This document shows positions 24,472-36,095 of a stretch of 64,000 bases of DNA, piece by piece. Source of the stretch: Trichoplax sp. H2 (taxonomy: Eukaryota). The notes under the pieces are model-generated. The model was not told where the DNA came from and searched no databases. It saw nothing but the letters and a program-made list of their open reading frames with translations. The translations under genes were made by a program, and so were the position numbers. Numbering within the stretch: position 1 is the stretch's first letter; every line of letters begins with the position of its first letter. The DNA lies in assembly GCA_003344405.1 (NCBI GenBank), contig NOWV01000001.1:1488001-1552000 (forward strand). The letters are read 5' to 3'.

Positions 24472-24777
24472 AAATTCTAGATTCTATTGCTTGATTGAGG
24501 TTGAATTGGCAATACTTAAATTACGGCTATGATGAACGACTCTTACATGTACTGTACTTTTAGTGATCGGATCAGCTCCTAGATTGATGTCTACAATAAT
24601 ATAATTGCTTGTCCGATATACACTTTTATCAGCTCTCTGTCTTCTTTTAGTTGTATAAACTACTTACAATATGAATGCATCATCCCAATGCTGATCTGCA
24701 AATTCCTGCAAGTCGAAATACATAGGCAATAGTTTGGTTCTTATAGTACTATTCTTCAGGCATGCTTCCATGACATT

Positions 24778-24859
24778 AAGAAACGTTTGCTCATTGGCCG
24801 GATCCCCCCCACTCAAACAAAAGAAACTAGGCGATTAGGCCAATGAGCAAACGCTTCTT
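24778..24859. repeat. 22-bp inverted repeat with a CCAAT box in each arm
   Basis: AAGAAACGTTTGCTCATTGGCC (24778-24799) and GGCCAATGAGCAAACGCTTCTT (24838-24859); one mismatch, 38-nt spacer. Confidence 0.85.
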
Positions 24860-26218
24860 GTTGACTTTGTAACTTCAGTATGTCCTCCTATTTTTATTTT
24901 TGAGATTGGTATCTTTAACAAATAAATAATAATATTAATATTAAATATACAGTACTGTATATTCGTATTTATTAGACAGTGAAGACACTTGGACTTTGAC
25001 CCTTTTCGACTAGAGCGGTGTACAAGGGAAACAGTACTGTTACGACAGTCTAGTACTGTATATTGAAAGAGAAGGACAGCAAACGATCGTTCATAATTTG
25101 CAATAAATTATGCTAACCATACAACTAAGGTTCAGTAACTAAAACCTTGGGTAAACAATAACAGTTTGAGCCGCAGTATCCAAGTCAGAAGTGAATTCAA
25201 GTCGAGGATCATTATTATTCTGACCCGAAGCATGTGAGCCACACTGATCTTAATGAACAATAATATTTTTGAAAGGGAGGGCATTGCACAGTTGTGGCTT
25301 GTAGGCTGTTTTTGAATCAAGAACGAAGAATGCTAAAAATGTGCAACTGACTACTGTATTTTATTTTGCTAGTCATTTCAACTGAAATTAGTTTTGTCTT
25401 TAGATTCAGTTTTGCAGAATTCACACATGGAACTTTTTCCTCTACAGTACCGCTATCAACTTGGAATGCTTACAGTACTGTATATTTTTACGTGTATATG
25501 CAAAACGTTATAGCTTATTCAAGTGCCTAGCTATGTGCTTTAAATCTAGCAGCGAGCTAAGCAGTAAGTACTTCGTTTGACTAAGGTGAATGAAAATACG
25601 GTTGGACACTACTAAGCAATATTCATTTTTAAAATGAATGCATGCATAGCACCTTTTAGCACTTTATTGCTGTAATCCGACTAGTGGCTAAATGAATGAA
25701 TAACTCGCATTTCGTACGCTTTAAAATTAGCAATATTCGCTCATGACTTGAACGTCAAAAGTGAAATTATGATTACCACATGTGAGCAGAATCAAACCAT
25801 TTTCTGTTGTAACTTAGTGTCTTCAGTACAAGAACTACAGTACTGTACAGTAGACTCCAGGGATATTTCACCTTAATTTTACAGTACTGTAAAATTACTG
25901 TAAGAAATTTTCATTTAGTACTGTAGCAATTTTGGATTATTGACAGATTTTACGTGAAATTAGGACAAATCTATCCAAATAAAAGCCAGATTTACATCCC
26001 TGAGTTATTGGCCTACGTCTACATACAAGATTGATCTACTTTAGGTTTGGTTTAGCCTACACAGTTTATTTTCCTTAGTGCCACCAAAGTTAATCCAGTT
26101 GTAATTTACAGTGTACAGTAAGTAGTACTGTACCTGCATCACCTGTATCATACTGTACAAATACTTACAGAGTTACAGTAGAAGTCCCAGCCTGCTAGTA
26201 TCAGCCTTCAACGTCCCA

Positions 26219-26232
26219 GTTGCCATGGAAAC
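26219..26232 (+). promoter_or_regulatory. RFX X-box
   Basis: GTTGCCATGGAAAC fits the X-box consensus GTHNYY-AT-RRNAAC and ends 43 nt upstream of the LKAAEAR1 ATG. Confidence 0.8.
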
Positions 26233-26275
26233 TGGAAATAAAGAGTTGATACTCATAAATAACCAGCGAAGGAAG

Positions 26276-27885
26276 ATGGCTGCCCAGGTAAAAGCTTCTC
26301 CGTTACAATTTCTTTTAAAATGGTGTTGGTCGTCGTATTGCTATTCTATAGACTATATTTCTATCTGTTTCATACATGCCAATTGTCGAGAATGAGTTAC
26401 TGTTATGAATTAACAGATTATGACATGCATTAAAGTACACCGAGCAAATGTTTGAACTCCAAATTTAAACCTATTGAAATAATGTTCAATATTATAGCCA
26501 GCTTCATGCTTCCATTAATGTATAAATATTAATGTATAAAGAACTTCGAGTACACTACATGCGCGTATTTCATAGATTAACACTTCAGTCTAAGGAATGA
26601 GCCTAGTTCTGTAGTATTGTAGTATACAGTATAATAAGTACTTTACTTAACATAGTCTAAGCTAACGTATAGTTGATGGATAAATCGGAGAAAAGCCACT
26701 ACGAAAACTCTCCCATAATCTAGATTTACATTTCTTTTAGGCGTCCAATGTTAAATTACCATCACTAAATAGGCAAAGAAAGTATAATGATGATAGCGAT
26801 GATGAAGCAGTACCTGTAACACGTTTTCGTCCAAAGAATCGTAAAAAGATCAAGCCTTCACAATGGAAGAAATTAACCGATTTGGAAAAAAGTCGTTATA
26901 TGGCAGTAAGTGCTACTATCTTAAAGTTAACATATCTGTTTTATTCTGTCGAATTATAGGAATCTAAGTTCAGAGTGTTAAACGTATTGATCTTGTGACC
27001 AGTAAAAATTGTGATACTTATTTAATATATGTATGTATGCGATCGATACATCAGTTTCATTTATTTTTAAATTGCTTTGCTCTTCCTAAGTATGAACCCC
27101 CAACCAAAGAGGCCTTAAAAAGTCAAAAAGAGTCTATTAAACGAATTAGAGATGCTAAAGCAAAGTTAACTGCGTAAGAGAGAAAATTGAGATGTACCAT
27201 CATCAATTATAAGTATAACTTGGAGTTGCACTCACTGTATCGAATTACTACTTTGTTAGCATCCGTCAGTTTGAACAATCGCAATTTGACGAAGAAAAAG
27301 AAAAGCATAGCCAACTCATAGGACAATTAAAGTAATTATCGTTGTAAATATACATACTCTTCTAGTACTATATCTGCAATTTCACGAAAATTTCAATATT
27401 GATATGTTTACGAATAACTACTTGTTTATTAAACAGAGCTGCAGAGGCTAGAAACAGACTAAGACTGATGAGAATTAGATATGAAAATAACCGGGTATTA
27501 ACCATGATCATAGTGTTATTGTGATGATCTATGTATAATACTTATAAATCTGCCTTTATTCTCATTGTCATTATTAGGAAGCTGAAATGAATCATCTTAT
27601 TGCATGTCAACCGACGTCATTGCGGGCAATTCGATTACAAACTTTAGTTCCACCTCGACCAAAACCTACTCAATTTGATGATTTACTTGATAAACTGGAG
27701 GTAAAAGTTTTGGAATTACATTTAAAGCAACAGTTAATCATTTGTAATGACATAATGCAGATTTGTAGAATGAACTTATTCTAACCTATTAATATCAACG
27801 TTTATAACAGAGAGTTCGAGTGGAAAATATCATTGAAGATGATCGAGAATTAACAATAACAAGAGAATTAACGAGAGCAATATAA
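26276..27885 (+). CDS. LKAAEAR1: LKAAEAR motif-containing protein 1, 7 exons, 195 aa
   Basis: Exons 26276-26287, 26741-26905, 27091-27173, 27260-27331, 27437-27494, 27578-27700, 27811-27885 join in frame: ...SRYMAYEPP...QLIGQLKAAEARNRLRLMRIRY...HLIACQPTSLRAIRLQTLVPP...RVENIIED. An in-frame upstream ATG at 26225 lies inside the X-box. Confidence 0.9.
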
Positions 27886-29413
27886 TATCGATAAATACAT
27901 TGTACTGCTTCCCTTTTTATGGATAGTAGTAACAATTGTTGTAAATATCTGACAGATATTTTGTCATTTTATATTACATCGGGTAATATCTATGTATAGT
28001 TATTATGAATGATAGCTACCGGTTCGTGTAATATAAGATACCTAATTTTACCATAATGTTTTTGTATACAAAGAATTTTTTTCATTGTATATTCCTAGAA
28101 TATATTTTAAATATAATTTTTAATGTACAGCTAAGTATAAACGATATGGAATTATCAATATTGTGCCGTAAGAAAATATGAAAAGTAATGAGTGTAACCC
28201 TGTTAAATATTTACAAACAGAATTATGATGTAAGATGTGCAAAGTGTACAGTAATGGTAACGCATAATTATATTGTAACTGAGGTTTTTTCAGCATTATG
28301 CAAAGCATATTGATTTTAGTGAGTAATTTTACTAGGTTTAGCTTTAGATGATGTAGAGTGGATATGTGAACCTTAATAAGAGTTGATATCATAGAGATTG
28401 CTATATAGTGCGGAGACCAGAGTGTAGTTTACCAACGTGAAGGTAGTTTTGTCGAACTAAAAATAGTAAGATTTATCTCGATAATTGCTGATATCATGAA
28501 ACCTTAATAAACTATTTATTTCGGATTTAATTAAACCGCGTGATTAATTTTCGAAAAGCAATTACGTCTATTGAAATTATCAGAAGTTGAACTCTTTAAC
28601 AAAAACTACCATAGACGACCCCTAAATTTTTTCATTACATTTTGCAATGACTTAAAATTGTTGTTGCAATACAGTACATTAATTGAATTTTACTAAAACA
28701 CGTTCCCGTCCTATCGCCTTGGAAGAAGTCTGATGCATGATTCTTTCATGAAGAAATTTAGTATGGATTGTAAATATCATTATGCTAGTAAAGTTTTCAA
28801 GTACAGTATATGGTGCAGTTTCATGGTATATATACATTTTGTTAAAAATATACTGTTCTGATAGGTACATTACAATTATTAATTATAGGAGGAAGTTTAA
28901 AAGTAATACTCTGTGCGTAAGCGGTATCTCAAGCTTTGGTTACAAATGTATGTACTGGCTAACAAACTGTATAAGAGATATTTATTAAAATGAATTTCTA
29001 ACTGTTCATAGGAAGTATTTCTAAACGTTATCTGCATACGTAGCTTATGACTTGTAAGTGAGGACATCAATAATCTAAATATCAAACTACAGTTAGCAAT
29101 TCTATGCGTCCTTTATTAGCTTTAATATGATAAAACGCATCTTAGAGTATTACAAATGATAGTCATATTTTCAGCTCTTTCACACTGTTTTAGGGTATTG
29201 CTTACAAACGTCTATGTATATTTTCTGTATATATCAACGCTAAGAATATTGAGCAACAATAGCGATTTTATGCCATAACAACTTTAAAATTGACAGATCC
29301 GTTACATATATTGATAGGCAATGCCACAGATAGGTGATCAAAGAACGTCACCAGTATGCAACAGGGTAAAATAGAAATATTTAAATTGTAATGAATTGTC
29401 ATTTCCCAATAAT

Positions 29414-32400
29414 TTACTTCTTGGCAGTTACGCCTTGCTTTTCATTTTCATTAGGAACCTGCTTTCCAAGATACTCCCTACGAAAAGTTTATACAGTATC
29501 AAATGATCAAGTTATAACAAATCTGTAATTTACTGCATTGATGTAAGATGTAGTAAAATCAATCAACGAGCACAAATCTATCACAGACTAAATATATAAT
29601 CATAGCCTACCAGTGATGCACCATCAATTTCTGAACAGCCAAAAGTGCTTCGTATCGCACTTGTTGATCAGAATGTGTCATCAGTTGCATTACACGCTCT
29701 TTACCACCGAATTTTTCAATCACCCTGAGAACAACAACACTTTGGGTGTCACCGGCTAGGATATCATACAGTGTTCTGCTACAAGGTTTATAGTCATTAA
29801 ACAAGTAAATCATAATATAGAACATACCTTTTTCCAGCACCATAATGACGGACATATTCTCCAATGTCGTGAGCTGCGATTGCTAAAACTAGAGGATCTC
29901 GGCTATCTGATAGTAGTTGTAACAAGATCCTGTAGGTAATGACAAATTATTTGTAAAGATTAATTACTATTCGATTGTCGGAAAAAAATCTTGACTTTTA
30001 AATTTACTTACTTTAATATTTCGTAATTGTTTTCATTTAGCATAGAAGCATTCTCTCGCTAAGAATAAAGTATAAATTATGCAATGTTTAAAATAGGATT
30101 TCGCGTAAACCTATCCCATTTGTGACTAGACTATGCTTTTAACTAGTATATAAGTATATACCCAAAATCGCTCCGAACGATGTACTGGGCTCCATTCTAA
30201 ATGGCCAGACTTTACTTCTCCAGCATACTCGTCAAAGGTACTAATAGAGGAAATCAATGGTTAATACTGTCTTATCATCATCAGACATAACTACAACTAT
30301 ACTCTACATTTTCGAAATTACCTTAAGAAATTAAGATTCATTGACAGTTTTTCATGAATGAAGTCGATATCGTCCTGAAGAAGTAATCTAATATTATAAG
30401 CTGCTAACTCCGGCTAAAAATGAGTTCCATAATGTATGAATATAGTTAGTTTATCGTTTGCATCCTACCTTAATATCACTGTCAGCCCAATTCTTATTTT
30501 CGAGAACAATCAACATCTAAAATCAAAAAACACCAGGCATATCATCGCAGGTAATATTAACTTAAAAGACTATACAATATTATAGATTAGGCATGGCACT
30601 TATTATAGGTGATATAAAATAGCGCTTGCTTCGACAACGTAATGAGACGGCGCTCTATACTAGAATTCCTGACTCACCGATATAACTTTTGAGTGAATCA
30701 TTGCAAGAGCATTTCCTTGTACTTCAGAAGGAGAAGGCTTCTCTAATAAATTCTGTAGACATTTTAGAAGTAAAACTATTAAATTGCGAATATGCCCGCA
30801 TAACCTTCATCGATATACATATACTGTACGAGGTGTTTTTGTTTTAATTGTGAGATCAGGTTGCTTTAGCTTACTCGTAGAGTTGCCAAGACAATTCTGG
30901 TTACTTTTTCTTTAGAAGAATCACGCAAAATATCGGCAAGCACTGGAATTACGTTATGCCTATTAATTGCATTATTATTATAGAACATTAGTACAAATTG
31001 TCATTCCTTAACGGTAAGCAAATCAAACAACTTACTCATTCATTTTGGTAGCAATTAAGGGATTAAATGCTAACAACCACAAGCAATGAGTAATTTGATA
31101 TTGCAGCTGAAAGCTAACTTTTGTATTTAAAAGGTCAACAAGCCTAATAAAAGGAGATCATTTTCAGTTTACAAGGCTAAATGATAAGCTTTGTTTTGAC
31201 AGTATGAATTTACCCTTTAACTCCATGAGTTTTCACAAACGATAAACGATAGTCATCTACACGGAGTATAGTTTGCAGGACATTAACAACACTCTGCAAG
31301 TAATCATTTCCCTGAAGAGGAGCAATAATAGACTTGATTAGTCAGTTATGATTCCCTAGTTTTAACCGAGTTTATGGAGAAGGAGTTATAATGTGGATGA
31401 ATAGAGCATTACCAGTACAGTTAATTGATTATTTAACCAGGTTAGATAGAAGTTTAGGTCACTTCCTTGTAATCTAGCGCTGCTAAAAGAGGCTAACTTT
31501 GCCATAATTCGGCTAGACTGTAAATTGAGTAATTATATAAGAAAAAATCAAATTAGTCAGGTATCGGATTGATTTTAGATTTAACAGCACGAGCAAAGTT
31601 GTAACATTTGTGAAACTATTACCATATGCACTGTAAAAATATCTTGACGGTTAAGCAGATTTAGGAATGAAGACCATAATTGTGCGCTTTTATTTCTATA
31701 TAAATTAAGATTGTTGAAAATATTAGTAAGACTTTTACTAAAGAGGTTCAAATAATACTATTTTGCGTTCGAGCAGAAAGTGTAGGTAAGAGAATTCGCT
31801 TACACTTCAGTGTATTCGTGGAAGAGTTTAACACGTGATTTATCTTCCTATAATATTTTTAGTCAATAAAAAGTTCATTTAAATAATGATAGAAACAACA
31901 TTTAATACCCCTAAAAAAACTGTCGTATTTGTATTAACCTCAAACATGTCATCAATCAGTGTTAGTATATACTGAACAGTTTGATCCTTTGAGATTCGAC
32001 TAATCAGATTAATAAACGTTTTAGGGCACTGCCATAAAAATAATTGCAAAAGAAAGTAGTCGATTAGTTGAAATTTTGTTATTGCCGTCGCTATCACGGG
32101 TTCATATTATGATAAGAGAACAGCCATTCAGTGGCTTTGATAAGTATACCTCCAACTTTGAGTTTTGGATGAAAGCATCGCGTTCTTTGGGAGCCTCTTT
32201 CAGTTTATCAAATTCAACAATAAAATTATAATCCGATTCAGTAATCATTTGGCACCTGTAATCAAAAAAATATTAGCTCCGTGTTGAAATGCTAGAGTGC
32301 GATAAGATCAAATGAATTCGATGTTCTGTAATATCATTCAACATGTACTTACTGCAGATACGATTGCCAGTTAATAAAAACACCTCTAATTTCTGCAGCT

Positions 32401-32609
32401 TGCATCATTAGCTTATCCTGAGCTTGGACGGCTAATAAGATCCAAAAATATACAATAAATGGGAATGAAAGCTTATTACTGTATTTTCTTTTAAGTGATA
32501 ACGATACCAAGACTACTCATAGTTGATTACCTTGTTGATCAGCAGTCTCAGTTTCCATACCAACGGAACTGATGACCGTGTCCAACTGTTTATATTCCGC
32601 CGTAGACAT
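29414..32609 (-). CDS. ATP6V1H: V-type proton ATPase subunit H (many short exons)
   Basis: Exon peptides [127 protein letters not shown]...KK*. Confidence 0.95.
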
Positions 32610-32949
32610 GTTGACAAATCCTGTTTGTTGATCTTTAACAACTTTTGATGATGGAAACCCACCCGAAATAGGTGTTACTATAGGAATAAAATACGTTAGT
32701 GTATGGCAGCTCAAAGTTATTGTCGCTTAGGTAGGTAACTGATAGCATAATCCATTTCAAATGGGAAATCAATTGCCTTGCATTCACTTTAGAATTTACA
32801 TTATGCCCATTATAGACGGCTCTGTATCATGCTATGTAGAAGAAAAATGTTTTATACTTTGTATCCTGCTTCCTGCGATCATTTTTGATTCCATTAACTA
32901 TCTGTACTACGTCTTCAAAATTGCTGGCTTGATAACAATAAGTAATAGT

Positions 32950-34515
32950 AATTTATGCTATCTTCACAAAGTAACTAGTCAAGATAGTTGATATCTATGA
33001 ATTAGGATAAAGCCAAACTGCACGCCATGTTCCCTACGTTTTTATGACATTACCGGTAGATGCATGCTGAAATATACAAGAGGATTGGATAGTTTAAAGG
33101 TAGTTGTTCAAATTTCTACCTATTTCGAACTGAGAGTGAAAAGTGATCGTTTGTGATGATCTTGTAACGGCATTCTTGGTAGGATATTGCATGCGATTGT
33201 TTCAATGCTGTCCAATCCATTAAGACTGATATTACCATTACTTACAGTCCCATAACATTATCTATGCAGATTATACGACTGATAGCAATCATCTTAATTG
33301 ATACTACGCTGGACAAATTGAGCATTGATTAATTCTATTATATAGCACTACGTTTATAAATGAATTGTATTGGTAACATACTCTTACTTGTTGTCAATTG
33401 ATTTGTATCAATAATAAAAATGACATTGAATATTCGATAACCAATATTATCGATGAATCTTAAATAAGATGTGATTCCGGCAGACTACATGACTTATCGT
33501 TCCTGGACAAATTGAGTATCTAATGATTATACTATGTAGCATGATGTTGGATGGACATGAGTTGAATACTATAAAAATGATTCGACGATTAGGCCATATG
33601 CTCAATCTGTACGGCTAACTAACATCCATTTCAAAATGTGAAATTGTGGATGTATCAGTGTTACGACCAAGTGCAATGATTGAAATAGAAAGAGCTCGTT
33701 ACAATCATTACGATATCGTACGATTGTCTTAACCAAGCTAAAGCTTTGGTTAATACAATCGTTTGGACGTTGGATGATGCTATCGTCAAGTAATTTTTCA
33801 TCCAAGATGATGAAATTGATCAAGATATGGACCCATATGGCCCCCCTCTTGTCCAGAATGATTTGATCAAAGCAACGATCGATTCTTATTTGATGCAAAT
33901 AATGGATCACTCGTTGGTATCTTTCTCGAACTGGCTAAGAATGAATAGACAGATCGATAGGCTCTTGATCGATACGACATGAAGTTTTAAGCCATTCTAT
34001 CTTGATATCAATATTGAATAGGAATGATATTCAGGCAAGAAATGGAAGTGAAATTGTTGCAATCGATTTGTCTAGCAACCAACTTCTCCTACTATCACTG
34101 ACTCCCTTGTACGAGAGTAGTTGGACTGCGTCATCCAACTGCTCAATCCAGTTTGCTATGGTAGTACTCTATCATCGATGGATACTACACTATACGGTAT
34201 GACAACGACTGCTTTTGGTGACATGGTACTGTAGCGTAGGCAAGGGGCTTGGCAGGACAATAATACAACTATTATAGCATCATCGATCGGCCGTATTTTT
34301 CCCCTTGATGATGAAATGAAGGCAATATGATTGAAAAAATGCAATTGTAATCGCATTAAAGGTATCATTTTATGCAAGAATATGCTTCTATTGCTTACTC
34401 CAATATACTTACGGAATTGCTGTTGCTGCTGGTTGCCCACCGAAGCAAGAGAATTAATTCCAGCACCAGCTGCAGCACCGAATGTCACTGCAACGTCGAA
34501 TGCGATGAAATTCAT
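32950..34515 (-). pseudogene. Degenerate coding-like region, possibly an LRR-protein pseudogene
   Basis: One minus frame from ~34160 to 33602 has only two internal stops. Downstream fragments ILNLSRND, MLNLSS, GNISLNGLDSI and a frameshifted NVG-EHGVQF resemble RI-type LRRs. Confidence 0.3.
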
Positions 34516-34684
34516 GTGATAAAGTGAAGGAGAGAAATCACGTGATGGTCAGCTTCAGCCAGGGGGCTTCATCCAACTCAGTATTCACCCGCAGTACAGT
34601 ACAGTAGTTAGTCGTCTCCAGTTTACAGTATGCGTACTGTACTGTAAGGTAGAAACCTTATGTTATAACAGTCAGAACAGTACT

Positions 34685-35195
34685 GTACTGTGCCGTATGG
34701 TGCAAGTACTGTACTGTACGGTCTAATCCTTAAAGGATGTCACCCTCATCTTGCTATCCTTGCCATTGGGGACTACTATGATGGTAGGATTGAGGTGACA
34801 CTTACTGTGCCATTTACAGCATTTATGTTAGGGTACAGTACTGTACACCGTACTGTACAGTACAGTATAAAACTACCGTATGGTGCAAGTGCTGTACTGT
34901 CCAGTCTAATCCTTAAATGACGTCACTGTCATCTTGCTATCCATGTCATTGGGACTACTACGACAGTAGGGTTGAGGTGACACTCATTGTACCATTTTAC
35001 AGCCTTTATGTTAGAACAGTCATACTGTACACTACTGTACTATACTCAGTGTACTGTACCGTATGGTGCAAGTGCTGTACTGTCCAGTCTAATCCTTAAA
35101 TCATGTCACTCTCATCCTGCTATCCTTATCATTGGGACTACTATGACAGCAGGGTTGGGGTGACACTCATTGTGCCATTTTACAGCATTTACTGT
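34685..35195 (+). repeat. Tandem repeat, ~185-bp unit x3, each unit containing a ~21-bp-stem hairpin
   Basis: Units CCGTATGGTGCAAGT...CTAATCCTTAAA-TGTCAC...GTGACA-...CCATTTACAGC begin near 34693, 34876 and 35059. Confidence 0.9.
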
Positions 35196-35743
35196 ACTGT
35201 ACTATACAGTGTACAGTACTGTACATTCAGAAAGCGAAGTACTGTAGACAATTGTACTCTACTCAGGCTACTAAAACAAACTCCGCGCTCGAAAAAATGG
35301 ATCCCTATTTCTTTTTCTTTTTTTTGCACTTCTGCTTACAAATTATACTGTACGACGTATCAGAATCGATAGTATAGAATTCATCAATTGAGTAGAAATA
35401 GAATTAGAACCATACTGTACAATAATCAAGCTAGCAGCTTATTGGGATGGGAATCGGTAACAGCGCAGTGTATCGTTTCAGACATACGCTGCAGCTGAGC
35501 TGACCAGCAATAGCGTCAGCTTCATCACTTTGAACATACGGTACTGAACGGCCTCGGCTAATGGCTGGTATTGGCCATCTCGTTCCACATAGCATAAAAT
35601 TTCCAAATGCAACTAAAATGTTCATTACATATTACTTGGAGAGAACGTCAATGTACTACGTTCATTGAAAGGAAGTTTTTAGTTCTCTTTGCGCATTTCA
35701 ACTCCTTTTAATAAATAGTAAAAGTTAGCTGAATCAAGCAATA

Positions 35744-36095
35744 CAGTAAGTCGCCGGTTATTAAGCCCACGGTTAATAAGCCCAGCCGCGTATTAAGCCC
35801 AAAACGGCTTGGTACGGAATTTTACATAGCAAAATCCGCCGGTTAATAAGCCCAGCCGCCGGTTATAAAACCCAGTTCGCCAACAGATTATAGCGAGATT
35901 CTCATCTCTCTGCACCCCAGCGCCTGAGAAACCAGTTGTACGCGTACATAACCAAGCACTACACATATATATGTTCGTATGCGTATGTATAGTGCTTATC
36001 CTGCGTTTGCGTTTGCACTCCGGTTATTGCGCCCGCCGCTTATTAAGCCCAATTTGGTCTGGGCCCGAGGTGGGCTTAATAACCGGCGACAGCTG
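35744..36095. mobile_element. Tc1/mariner-superfamily MITE (352 bp) with TA target-site duplication
   Basis: TA|CAGTAAGTCGCCGGTTATTAAGCCCAC ... GTGGGCTTAATAACCGGCGACAGCTG|TA. Several internal GGTTA(T/A)TAAGCCC repeats; no transposase ORF. Confidence 0.9.

Noticed and set aside
34690-35372. Three similar ORFs (CYPxHWDYYDSR) as a small peptide family
   Set aside because: Frames are not preserved between units and starts are inconsistent; they are by-products of the tandem repeat.
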